Counted from the first letter of the stretch, positions 6,978-16,044 are shown. The stretch is 24,000 nt of DNA from Pedobacter sp. (GCA_036676565.1 JAKFCP010000011.1:83775-107774), one strand, 5' to 3'. Program-made: numbers and translations. The notes: generated by a model from the letters alone, not told the origin.

Positions 6978-8752
6978 GCTATATTCCAGGTGCTGATGGC
7001 ATATTCATTACTTCAAACCGTGATGAAAACGATTTACGAGCACATGCAATTCCTCCATCGTCGGAGAATTTTGGGAAATATAAACTCCTGTACCCAAAAG
7101 ATCCCACAACCGGCGGGACCTGGATTGCAATCAGAAATACCGGAGAAGTTGCAGTATTACTGAATGGCGCTTTCGAAAACCATGTAAAACTTCCATCATA
7201 CCGAAAGAGCAGGGGGCTTATTATTTTGGAGATCATGCAGTCAGAATTTCCGGAAAAGATTTTTGAAGCGCTGGATTTATCAGACATTGAAAATTTCACG
7301 CTTCTTCTTTACAGAAATAAAAGCCTTTGGGAATACAGATGGGATGGACTTCAGAAATATACAGAATCTAAAAACCCTGATCTTCCGCATATTTGGTCGT
7401 CGGCAACCCTTTATTCTGATCCTGTAAGAAAAAACAGAGAACAATGGTTTAGCTCCTGGCTGGAAGAAGAATCAGAAATTGATCAGCAGAAAATCATTAA
7501 CTTTCATCAATCTGCAGGAGGCAAAGACAAGGAAAATAGCATATTAATGAAACGCAGTACGATTTCAACCGTTTCAATTACCTCAGTAAAAATCAATATG
7601 GCTGAAATCATGATGCGTTATGAAGACCTGAAACAGGGTTGCATCAAGCAAAGCAGAATCCAGTTAGTTGAAAAAAGAACAAAACTATCATTCCCTGAAA
7701 GTTTTGAAATAGCTATTAGAAATACCCTTACCAGGACTCTAAATTGGGAATTCTGGCCGATGCATCTGATTTATGCTCCGATGTATTTTTACTGGTTTTA
7801 TCTGAGTGCAAAGGCAGGATCATTATTCTTCTTTAGTGCGGCAAATCCTGGCCGGAAAAACGCGGGCTTTGCGATGGAAAAAAAGAGTGACAGCTATGCC
7901 TTTCTTCCACCGGAATACTATCCGAATACAATACTTTGTGAACAGAACACAGCTCCTGAAGCATTAAGAACGAGGCTCGAAAATGAGGCGATTGATTTCC
8001 CATTAATTGCAAAACCGGATATTGGAGAACGCGGAACAGGGGTAAAATTAATTAATAGCTTCAGGGAATTAATTGAATACAGTAAATGCAGCAGTACCGA
8101 TTTTCTGGTACAGGAATTTATTGAATATCCAAATGAAGTGGGCATTTTCTATTCCCGGCTCCCCGGATCTCAATACGGGCAGATCAGCGGAATTGTTGGA
8201 AAACAATTTCTTTCTTTAAGCGGCGATGGAAAATCAACGATGGAAAGCCTCATCAAAAGTAACAGCAGGCACCTTTTACATCTTAAAGTACTCAGGGAGC
8301 TCTATGGGGATCAGCTAAATCAGATCCTGCCCGCGGGGGAAGAAAAGATCCTGGTTCCCTATGGCAATCACTGCAGGGGGGCGAAATTCATTGACCTGAG
8401 CTTCATGATTAGTGAAAAACTGAAAAACACCATTGACAGAATCTGCAAGCAGGTACCTGAATTCTATTTTGGCCGCCTCGATATAAAATTCAATACCTGG
8501 GAGGAACTTGAAAATGCTGAGAAATTTTCAATCATCGAATTGAATGGGGCTGCCAGCGAGCCAACCCATATGTATGATCCTAAACACTCCATCTTCTTTG
8601 CCTGGAAAGAGATAAAAAGGCACTGGGATTTACTTTACAAGATCAGTAAAGCAAATGCATTAAAGAAGGATTTACCCTTAATGAGTAACTTTGAGGGTAT
8701 GAAGATGCTCAGGGAGCATAGCAAACATATCAAAGGGTTTTCCTCTATATAA
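6965..8752 (+). CDS. Fusion protein: N-terminal NRDE/TANGO2-like (N-terminal Cys) domain + hydrophobic linker + C-terminal ATP-grasp ligase domain
   Basis: 595 aa in a single uninterrupted frame that overlaps the DinB-like stop by 13 nt. It begins MCTVSYIPGADGIFITSNRDE, i.e. Cys2 plus the eponymous NRDE motif. Residues ~262-292 are hydrophobic (WEFWPMHLIYAPMYFYWFYLSAKAGSLFFFSAANPG). The C-terminal ~300 aa have ATP-grasp hallmarks (PLIAKPDIGERGTGVKLI, FLVQEFIEYPNEVGIFY, FGRLDIKF, SIIELNGAASEPTHMYDP). Confidence 0.75.
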   Translation: MCTVSYIPGADGIFITSNRDENDLRAHAIPPSSENFGKYKLLYPKDPTTGGTWIAIRNTGEVAVLLNGAFENHVKLPSYRKSRGLIILEIMQSEFPEKIFEALDLSDIENFTLLLYRNKSLWEYRWDGLQKYTESKNPDLPHIWSSATLYSDPVRKNREQWFSSWLEEESEIDQQKIINFHQSAGGKDKENSILMKRSTISTVSITSVKINMAEIMMRYEDLKQGCIKQSRIQLVEKRTKLSFPESFEIAIRNTLTRTLNWEFWPMHLIYAPMYFYWFYLSAKAGSLFFFSAANPGRKNAGFAMEKKSDSYAFLPPEYYPNTILCEQNTAPEALRTRLENEAIDFPLIAKPDIGERGTGVKLINSFRELIEYSKCSSTDFLVQEFIEYPNEVGIFYSRLPGSQYGQISGIVGKQFLSLSGDGKSTMESLIKSNSRHLLHLKVLRELYGDQLNQILPAGEEKILVPYGNHCRGAKFIDLSFMISEKLKNTIDRICKQVPEFYFGRLDIKFNTWEELENAEKFSIIELNGAASEPTHMYDPKHSIFFAWKEIKRHWDLLYKISKANALKKDLPLMSNFEGMKMLREHSKHIKGFSSI

Positions 8753-8829
8753 TCAAAAGAAGGGCTGCTATGTTAAAATCACCATTTTCCCAATGATAAA
8801 CAGTCTCCCGAACCCTCTTATTCCCTTTT

Positions 8830-8858
8830 CCGTAGACTTAAGCGAAGCGTGTCTACGG
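8830..8858 (+). repeat. Family A hairpin (CCGTAGAC-ttaagcgaagcgt-GTCTACGG)
   Basis: It has a perfect 8-bp stem and the loop TTAAGCGAAGCG shared with other copies. It lies in the convergent intergenic region between the ATP-grasp fusion and the isomerase. Confidence 0.75.
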
Positions 8859-8942
8859 ATTCTTAAATGATCTCTCGTACCTGCGGGACAGACCCGCCTT
8901 CACAAAACCTAAAGGAATAATGAAGCCCCATACCCATGTCGT

Positions 8943-10433
8943 CTAGTCAATAATCACAGACTCAATATTCAGATAATTCGCAATTTTCTGAATCGTTGCG
9001 GCATGATGACCAATTCCAAGTGCAAAATGGTGTGTAGGCCCTTCCATGGTCCAGCGGCGAATAAAATTCCGAACATTTTCCTTAAAATAGCCACGGGTAT
9101 TTGTATTGCCGGTTGCAGGTATCGGCCCTTTAACAGATTCCCCTTCTGCGATAACAAATTTAAATTTCCCCTCAAAGTTTGAACTGATACTTAATATCGT
9201 AATTGGTCCTTCCTTTATTTTGAACTCTACCCCAGCACCAAATCCGGGTTTACCATGATATTTTTTCAGACTGCGTAATACAGGTCGGCCTTCGGCAATG
9301 GCAATATTATGAGGCCCGTCATGACCAACCAATACAAAATCATCCTTGAAATCTACCGGATGAAACTCTGCAAAACTACCCCCAATATTCAGGCGATCCA
9401 TAATCAGCAGGGCCATACAGGTTTTGATATCTGATTCCCCACACATCGGAAAACCCGAACCTGTTAAGAGAGAATTACCGACAGCCAGGTTAGACATGAC
9501 CAGGCGTGTCGTACTATTATCCTCTGCTTCATAATAATAAGCCAGACCATCAAGTTGTTTCTCATCTACAAATTTTTCCAGAGCCATAGTTACTTTCGCT
9601 GCCACTGCTAAGTCCTCATCTTTTAGCTTCTCTGAAATCGGGTCTGAAACGGGGTCAGGTGTATCAAAGAAATCAAGGATTCTTTCTTTTGCCTTTTCAA
9701 TTTCGTTATCACTTACCTTATCATATTGGGCTACTATCTCATGTGCCTCACATTGAATAATATGCGCCCCAAAATGAGCCGTTACCATCGTAGCATCTGT
9801 GTGCATATCGAGCATTGCTTCTATCGGATGGCCTATATGCCCTATCCTTACGGTTTTAACATCATGCAAAACCTTAGCAATCCTGCAATATTCTTCTATT
9901 TCCAATTCCGACTGCGGATCATCATGCAGGGTTCCGATGATCATTTCAGGAACCTTTTTTCCCATCCTGACAGCAACCCCGGCAAACTCCGGTAAAGAGC
10001 AGATATCATCGTTATATAATTGCATGTAAGTACTTGCATTGGCATAATCCAATGCCTTATCAGGCTGCAGTGCCACCATTACGATCGGCACATCGATGCT
10101 TCGGATAATAGTCCCGAAAGTGCTGGAAGTAGCATAAGTAAGCATATCGCAAAAGATCAGATCCAGGTTAGCTGCTTTTAATACAGGCACCAAATCATAC
10201 GCACTTTTTACATTATCTACGATACCAAAATCAATTACCTCCACATCATGCTTATTCAATTTCGCCAGAAAGACGGATTGTTTTGCTTTCAGGGCATCCA
10301 GTAAACCATCAAACTGGTTCCAGTATTTATAATAACCAACACCAAAGACACCAATTCTTGCAATGGTCTGCTTTCTCCGCACGATCCGGGGCTGCAAGCC
10401 AGCTTTTGGCTCATTTTCTATGTTTTTACTCAT
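8943..10433 (-). CDS. L-arabinose/L-fucose isomerase family sugar isomerase
   Basis: 496 aa, ATG at 10433. The overall pattern is that of the AraA/FucI fold (GESDIKTCMALLIMDRL..GGSFAEFHPVDF, LVGHDGPHNIAIA, EGPTHHFALGIGHHAATIQKIANYLNIE). The substrate cannot be assigned. Confidence 0.7.
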   Translation of the reverse strand: MSKNIENEPKAGLQPRIVRRKQTIARIGVFGVGYYKYWNQFDGLLDALKAKQSVFLAKLNKHDVEVIDFGIVDNVKSAYDLVPVLKAANLDLIFCDMLTYATSSTFGTIIRSIDVPIVMVALQPDKALDYANASTYMQLYNDDICSLPEFAGVAVRMGKKVPEMIIGTLHDDPQSELEIEEYCRIAKVLHDVKTVRIGHIGHPIEAMLDMHTDATMVTAHFGAHIIQCEAHEIVAQYDKVSDNEIEKAKERILDFFDTPDPVSDPISEKLKDEDLAVAAKVTMALEKFVDEKQLDGLAYYYEAEDNSTTRLVMSNLAVGNSLLTGSGFPMCGESDIKTCMALLIMDRLNIGGSFAEFHPVDFKDDFVLVGHDGPHNIAIAEGRPVLRSLKKYHGKPGFGAGVEFKIKEGPITILSISSNFEGKFKFVIAEGESVKGPIPATGNTNTRGYFKENVRNFIRRWTMEGPTHHFALGIGHHAATIQKIANYLNIESVIID

Positions 10434-10468
10434 TTTTCAAGAATATTTTAACTACTAGTATTACTGAT

Positions 10469-11698
10469 CTATGCCTGTTTTGTCTCAAAATTAAATGGCT
10501 GAATCCGCCGTATAAAAATAATAAAGAGCATGAAAGCCAATGGGTATAATAAACCGGCTGCGATCCAAATAGGGGTATAAGAATAATTTTGTACGATCAA
10601 TCCAATTAATGGGTTTATAATTAAGCCTGAAACAGCACCCGCGGTGCCTGAAAGTCCAACAACAGTTGAGGTACCATTCTTGCCAAAAATATCTGAAATG
10701 GCGGTGATGTAATTCGTGATCCAGAAACCATGTGCAAACATGATAACAGCCATTAAGGCTATGGCCATTTCTGCCGTAGAAACCCATGCGATGAGCGGAG
10801 CAACAAGAGTAAGTAAGGCTGCAATGCCCATAACTGTTTTTCGGGCACGGTTAACTGAAAAATTGTTCCGGACAAGTTTATCCGAAAACCATCCCCCAAT
10901 AATATTGGATATCCCTAATGCAAGAAAAGGGATCCAGAAGAGCTTCCCTATTTGTTCGAAAGATACATCCCGCTCGGTGTTCAGATATTTTGGAACCCAG
11001 AACATAATAAAATACATCACCGGGTCAAGCAGAAAGCGGATAAGAATAAAGATACAGGCTGCCCTGTTCTTCAGAATAGTAAGAAAAGGTATCACTGCTT
11101 GTTTAACAAGTCCCTGGTTTCTATTCTCATGACTATTTTCACCCCAGGGTATACTAAGCCAGATTATAAGCCAGATAATCCCGACAATTCCAGGGATAAT
11201 AAAACTCCATCTCCACCCAAAATGATTTGAAATTAATATGATCAGGGGCGGAGCTATTACGGCTCCCATAGCTGCACCACCTATTGCAATGCCGTTTGCT
11301 AACCCCCGTTTCTTTTCATCGAACCATTCATATACCGTTTTTGCTGCTCCGGGGAAACAAGCGCCCTCTCCTATTCCCAATAAAAACCTGAAAGCCAGCA
11401 ACTGATAAAAACCAGTCATCACACCATGCAGACCGCAAGCTACAGACCAGATCGCAACAGCTAAACCCAAACCAATTTTGCTGCCCCAGGTATCGATTAA
11501 TCTGCCGCCAACGGTAAACATCAGCGCATAGCTTATTAAAAAAGCAGTATTGACGAAACCATATTCAACATCCGAAAACTTGAATTCCGCCTGAATTTTT
11601 ATAATGGTTACCGACAAAACCTGTCGGTCTAAGAAACTCAAGCCTGTAGCAACAAACAGTAATGCTAAAACTAACCAGGGACTATAGCTCTTTTTCAT
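10469..11698 (-). CDS. MFS transporter (anion:cation symporter / hexuronate-transporter-like)
   Basis: 409 aa with about 12 hydrophobic helices. The N-terminal LSFLDRQVLSV and GGRLIDTWGSK motifs are typical of ExuT/ACS-type MFS proteins. It lies 35 nt upstream of the isomerase on the same strand, so the two are probably an operon. Confidence 0.8.
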   Translation of the reverse strand: MKKSYSPWLVLALLFVATGLSFLDRQVLSVTIIKIQAEFKFSDVEYGFVNTAFLISYALMFTVGGRLIDTWGSKIGLGLAVAIWSVACGLHGVMTGFYQLLAFRFLLGIGEGACFPGAAKTVYEWFDEKKRGLANGIAIGGAAMGAVIAPPLIILISNHFGWRWSFIIPGIVGIIWLIIWLSIPWGENSHENRNQGLVKQAVIPFLTILKNRAACIFILIRFLLDPVMYFIMFWVPKYLNTERDVSFEQIGKLFWIPFLALGISNIIGGWFSDKLVRNNFSVNRARKTVMGIAALLTLVAPLIAWVSTAEMAIALMAVIMFAHGFWITNYITAISDIFGKNGTSTVVGLSGTAGAVSGLIINPLIGLIVQNYSYTPIWIAAGLLYPLAFMLFIIFIRRIQPFNFETKQA

Positions 11699-11886
11699 AG
11701 GTTTGCCTTCATGCTATCGTAAAGCTTTGTGCCGCAGATAATTTAGCTTGCTTGAATTTTCTAATCCCTAATATAATGGTTCTATATTGTATTTATAATT
11801 AAGTACCCCTTTTAGGATTGTTTTGAAATTCCGGGGATTTGAGCTCCTGATTCCGGGATAAGTTGAGGAGTAAGGTGAACACAATT

Positions 11887-12029
11887 GCCCATTGTCCGAA
11901 TAGTTTAGCGCATCACTTAAGAATTGTAGAATGATCAAGAGTCCCTTCTATGCTGTTGTCTCAACTATGAATCAGATGATTTATTTGATTCATATAAATT
12001 ATTTAAATCAAAAAAATCATAGTTCAGAT
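11887..12029 (+). repeat. Composite repeat: degenerate family A unit followed by family B long hairpin
   Basis: 11887-11950 (GCCCATTGTCCGAATAGTTTAGCGCATCAC...AATGATCAAGAGTCCC) aligns with 23104-23171. 11958-12029 (GTCTCAACTATGAATCAGATGATTTATTTGATT...AATCAAAAAAATCATAGTTCAGAT) aligns with 15881-15961. Confidence 0.7.
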
Positions 12030-12278
12030 AAATCAAATTTCCTAGTGGCCTGATTATTGAACTGAACTGTTTAGAAAAATCAATCATAGGGGAATACTTA
12101 TTTTAATTATTCTTATAACAGTCTACTTAACAATTATTTATAAAAACCTATTTCCAAAACCATACGATACAACCTCTATCAGGCAACATTGCATTGAGTT
12201 TGTACGTATGAAGGAGTCTAATCTCTAAGATTCCCAGGCTTTAGCCTCCTTTCTTTAAATTTTCAATAAAAAAGTTAT

Positions 12279-15185
12279 ATGAATATAACAGCCAGATACC
12301 TCAACCAGGTTATACGAAACTGCAGCAATTCTACAGATAGCGCGGAGGATTTGACTTTTTGGCGAAATAAGCTGTTCTCAACCACCATCGTTTATCTTAT
12401 ACCTTTGTCGCTTATTGCTCTGGTACCAGGCATTTACTGGAGTATAAAGATTGATATGTATGTCATAGCTGTAATTGATATTCTAACAGTTACCTGCATT
12501 ATTTTAATAGGACTTGCTCCCAACATTAAGCTCGTTTTCCGTAAGATAATATTCATCTCCTCAGCTTATCTGTTTAGCTGTGCCATTTTATATTTTGTGG
12601 GGCTCAATGGGCCGGGACTTATCTATTTACTTACTATCTGTATTTTCAGTATCCTGATCTTCTCAACCAGGTACGTCTATTGGTCTGCCTGGCTGAATAC
12701 TTTTATCTGTGTAATCTTCGCTTTGCTTATAAAATACAATCTGATACCACATGCAGACATTCATGACCATAATTTCGGAGAATGGATTGCAGTTTCAACA
12801 AACCTTATCTTCCTGAGCTTTTTATGTGTTGCTTTAATTCCCCGCCTATTCAAGGGCTTACAAAAAACCATTGAGAAAGAGATAAAATGGAAAAAAGAAC
12901 TGGAAACTGAGAAGAAAGCATTACATGATATGTCCTCAGCTTTGCAGCAGGCTCTGAACGAAAATAACAAAACTATGGAATCCTCACTTGATATGATTTG
13001 CGCTGTGGATGCCAATGGTTTCTTTATAAGGGTTAGCGCAGCATGTGAAGAGGTTTTGGGCTATAGAGCAGATGAGCTTATCGGAAAACGCACCATTGAC
13101 TTTGTTTATCCTGATGATCGCATTAAAACCCAGCAAACTGCCGACAATGTTTTAGCCGGCATAAACGCGGTGAATTTTGAAAACAGGTATGTTCATAAAA
13201 ATGGATCGATAGTGCCTATCTCATGGTCTGTCCGCTGGGATGAAAAAGATCAGATCAGATATGCGGTTGCAAGAAATATTACCGAAAAGAAAAAACTGGA
13301 AAAGGCGGTCGAGATCGAAAGACAACGGTTTTATGACCTGTTCCTGGAAGCCCCGGTGAGTATAGGAGTAGTAAGTGGTCCGGATCATATTTATGAGGTG
13401 GTTAACCCCCTTTATTTGGAACTAATAGGTATGAATAACATAATAGGCAAATCTGTAAAAGAGGTTATGCCGGCGATGGTCAATCAGGGATTCATTAGCA
13501 TTCTGGACTCTGTTTACAAAACCGGAGAAACCTTTTCAGCTAATGAGATGCTTATAAAACTTGATATCGGAGGAAAACTTACAGATAAATACCTGAATTT
13601 TAGTTACCAGGCACACAGAGACACTAATCAGCAAATTGATGGCATTTTCTTTTTTGCCGTTGATGTAACGGAACAGGTCAAATCCCGAAAGCATATCGAA
13701 GTAAGTGAATTACGACTAAAAAAATCTCAAAGGATAGCACATCTGGGCAGTTGGGAGATTGATTTGACGGATCAAACCCATTCATGGTCCGATGAAATGT
13801 ATAAATTATTTGGGGTGGAAAGAGCTGATGTGATTCCTTCGCAAGAAGCATTTCTTTCCTTTATTCATCCTGAGGATTTAGCTTATGTGTCAAAAGAAAT
13901 GGAGAATGCGCTAACATCTCATAAAGACTATTCTTTTGATTTCAGATTTATCAACAGAGAAGGCTTTACCAGGTACGGCACCAGTTTAAAACTATTGGAT
14001 TTTGACACTGATCTTAAGCCTATTCGTGTTTACGGAATTGTTCAGGACATCACTGAACGAAAAGAAGTGGAACAGCAGCTTCGAAACAGTGAGTCGTTCA
14101 ACCGGGGTATTCTGGATTCGCTGAATTCCAACATTGCAGTAATTGATTCTAGCGGTACTCTCCTGGCTGTTAATGAATCGTGGAATACTTTCGGCCTCGA
14201 GAATGGTGCCTGCACATTGGCGGGTACCGGCATTGGCAGTAATTATTTTGAGGTTTGTTCAAAAGCCGAAGAAGATGGAGAAGAATATGCCGAAGAAGCA
14301 TGCGCGGGGATAAAAGATGTTTTGAATGATGAAAAAGATGTTTTTTATCTTGAATATCCCTGCCATTCTGCTGATGAAAAACGCTGGTTTGGTATGCGTG
14401 CAATGAAGTTTGAAGGCAATCAATCCTTGGTTGTAGTTTCGCATCAGGATATCTCTGAACGTAAGTTTGCGGAATTTGAACGCAGCAGGGTAGCAAAGGA
14501 CCTGATCCAGCGAAATAAGGATTTAGAGCAATTTACTTATATAGTTTCTCATAATCTGAGAGCCCCGGTAGCCAATATTCTTGGCCTTGTTGACATCCGG
14601 AACACTCCGGGCTTAAGCCAGGAAGAACAGGAAGAATTAAATCGCGGGCTACTTGAGTCTGTTGATAAGCTGGATGACATAGTAAAAGATCTTAATCAGA
14701 TCCTTCAGGTCAGGGGTACGAAGAGTGAAAGATACGAGGAAGTTGAATTTTCCACTTTGGTAGAAGATATAAAGATCAGTATTAAAAATTTGTTCGAACT
14801 GGATGTGATAGAAATAGGATACGACTTTTCAGAAATCAATACCTTTTCAACCTTAAAAAGCTATATCCATAGTATTTTTTACAACCTGATATACAATAGT
14901 ATCAAATATCGCCAGCCTCAGATTCCCTGTCTTATTAAAATTGAAAGTCATCTGCTGGACAAGAAACTCAAATTAATTTTTACTGATAATGGTTTGGGAA
15001 TTGATCTCGAAAAACAAGGCGATCAGATTTTTGGTTTGTATAAAAGATTCCACCCACATTTAGAGGGCAAAGGTATGGGCTTGTTTATGGTGAAAGCCCA
15101 GGTTGAGAAATTGGGTGGTAAGATAAGTGTCAGTAGTGAAGTCAATAAAGGAACAGAGTTTAAAATAGAATTTGAGTTGGAATAA
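12279..15185 (+). CDS. Membrane-bound multi-PAS sensor histidine kinase (complete HisKA + HATPase_c)
   Basis: 968 aa. The N-terminal ~190 aa are polytopic membrane domain, followed by a coiled coil and about four PAS/PAC modules. The H-box is FTYIVSHNLRAPVANILGL, followed by N/G boxes (YNLIYNSIKY, DNGLGIDL, GKGMGLFMVK). There is no receiver domain and no adjacent response regulator. Confidence 0.9.
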   Translation: MNITARYLNQVIRNCSNSTDSAEDLTFWRNKLFSTTIVYLIPLSLIALVPGIYWSIKIDMYVIAVIDILTVTCIILIGLAPNIKLVFRKIIFISSAYLFSCAILYFVGLNGPGLIYLLTICIFSILIFSTRYVYWSAWLNTFICVIFALLIKYNLIPHADIHDHNFGEWIAVSTNLIFLSFLCVALIPRLFKGLQKTIEKEIKWKKELETEKKALHDMSSALQQALNENNKTMESSLDMICAVDANGFFIRVSAACEEVLGYRADELIGKRTIDFVYPDDRIKTQQTADNVLAGINAVNFENRYVHKNGSIVPISWSVRWDEKDQIRYAVARNITEKKKLEKAVEIERQRFYDLFLEAPVSIGVVSGPDHIYEVVNPLYLELIGMNNIIGKSVKEVMPAMVNQGFISILDSVYKTGETFSANEMLIKLDIGGKLTDKYLNFSYQAHRDTNQQIDGIFFFAVDVTEQVKSRKHIEVSELRLKKSQRIAHLGSWEIDLTDQTHSWSDEMYKLFGVERADVIPSQEAFLSFIHPEDLAYVSKEMENALTSHKDYSFDFRFINREGFTRYGTSLKLLDFDTDLKPIRVYGIVQDITERKEVEQQLRNSESFNRGILDSLNSNIAVIDSSGTLLAVNESWNTFGLENGACTLAGTGIGSNYFEVCSKAEEDGEEYAEEACAGIKDVLNDEKDVFYLEYPCHSADEKRWFGMRAMKFEGNQSLVVVSHQDISERKFAEFERSRVAKDLIQRNKDLEQFTYIVSHNLRAPVANILGLVDIRNTPGLSQEEQEELNRGLLESVDKLDDIVKDLNQILQVRGTKSERYEEVEFSTLVEDIKISIKNLFELDVIEIGYDFSEINTFSTLKSYIHSIFYNLIYNSIKYRQPQIPCLIKIESHLLDKKLKLIFTDNGLGIDLEKQGDQIFGLYKRFHPHLEGKGMGLFMVKAQVEKLGGKISVSSEVNKGTEFKIEFELE

Positions 15186-15341
15186 ATTCAGAGAGGTATT
15201 AATCATTCCATTTGACTATCCGGGCAAAAGAAATACCAGGATATATTCCAGATGAGTCAGTCCCATCTGTAGGGGATTGAAGACGCTGCACTTAACTCAA
15301 GGAAGAGTGGATTTGGCATTTCCCGTGCGACTGCCATAAAC

Positions 15342-15387
15342 AGAAATACCCTCTCAAACAGATGAGAAGGTATTTCTTGTAATTTTT
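15342..15387. terminator. Probable bidirectional intrinsic terminator between convergent genes
   Basis: The hairpin is AGAAATACCCTCTC-aaacagat-GAGAAGGTATTTCT (13 of 14 bp paired), followed by tgtaaTTTTT on the plus strand. It lies 157 nt after the histidine kinase stop. On the minus strand it starts 18 nt after the lipoprotein stop, where the trailing T-tract is weaker. Confidence 0.55.
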
Positions 15388-15395
15388 GGGGTTGA

Positions 15396-15593
15396 TTACT
15401 TTACTACTGAATCAACAGCAGCAGCAGCAGTTGAATCAACAGTGTCGATTTGAGCTTCTAAAGAATCAGTCATAGCTCCTGCAGTAGAATCAATTGTGTC
15501 AGTAACAGCTTCTTCAGTTTTGTTAGAGTTACAAGCAGCAACTGAAAGAGAAATAGCTAAAGCTAAGAAACCGAATTTGAATAAGTTTTTCAT
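15396..15593 (-). CDS. Small hypothetical lipoprotein with degenerate D-S/T-rich repeats
   Basis: 65 aa with a signal peptide and lipobox (LAISLSVAAC). The mature part shows reiterated TDxxDS / VDS motifs. It starts with ATG behind an A/T-rich leader and is followed by a terminator hairpin. Confidence 0.65.
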   Translation of the reverse strand: MKNLFKFGFLALAISLSVAACNSNKTEEAVTDTIDSTAGAMTDSLEAQIDTVDSTAAAAVDSVVK

Positions 15594-15850
15594 TGTTTGG
15601 TTATTTAATTGAGTTTATTGATATGCTTTAATACAGGTTTTTACAAAAGGTAACCCAGAAAAAGAAAAGATTTTTTATTTTTTTGAATTTAAAGAAAAGG
15701 GATGTGCTTTGAGCTTTCGGCATTTAGCTTTTAGCTTATACTGCAAAGCCGTATCAGATAGTACTCGGTCTCCTTTCTGTTATCCTGAAGAGAGGCAGGA
15801 GACCCTAATTCAGGCAAAATTATCCGGGGATTTTCGTTTTAGTTAAATTT

Positions 15851-15961
15851 TGAATAATGAAGAGTTCCGACTATGATGTTGTCTGAACTATGATTCAGAT
15901 GATTTATTTGATTATTATGAATCATTTCAATCATGCTAATCAAAAAAATCATAGTTCAGAC
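15851..15961 (+). repeat. Family A tail + family B long hairpin (GTCTGAACTATGATT...AATCATAGTTCAGAC)
   Basis: 15881-15895 and 15947-15961 form a perfect 15-bp inverted repeat. The upstream AATAATGAAGAGTTCCGACTATGATGTT parallels 11929-11957. Confidence 0.75.
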
Positions 15962-15977
15962 AAAATGCTGAAAGCTG

Positions 15978-16017
15978 TACAGTTTCCAGCATTTTGCAAA
16001 ATTGATCTTTTAACATA
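15978..16017 (+). repeat. Left copy of a ~40-bp direct repeat (TACAGTTYCCAGC..TTTGCAAAATTGATC..TTAACA) flanking the 16.0-16.6 kb repeat block
   Basis: It aligns with 16620-16659 with about 5 mismatches over 38 nt by eye. It contains the 12-bp palindrome ATTTTGCAAAAT. Confidence 0.6.
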
Positions 16018-16044
16018 GCATCATGACATCTGGTATATTAAAAA

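Noticed and set aside
8830-8897. Family A hairpin and the GCGGGacagaCCCGC hairpin as intrinsic terminators for the convergent ATP-grasp and isomerase genes
   Set aside because: The stems are good, but neither is followed by a T-tract on either strand. Bacteroidota terminators can be atypical, so this is possible, but I cannot support it from the sequence.
12206-12226. 6-codon upstream ORF (ATGAAGGAGTCTAATCTCTAA) ahead of the histidine kinase
   Set aside because: It is too short, has no supporting features, and is probably a chance occurrence.
15594-15700. Bacteroidota-type promoter (TTG / TAnnTTTG) for the small lipoprotein gene, and similar calls upstream of 19486, 12279 and 11698
   Set aside because: I found only near-matches (for example TACCTTTTG). 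None fits TAnnTTTG exactly at a sensible distance, so no promoter is reported.
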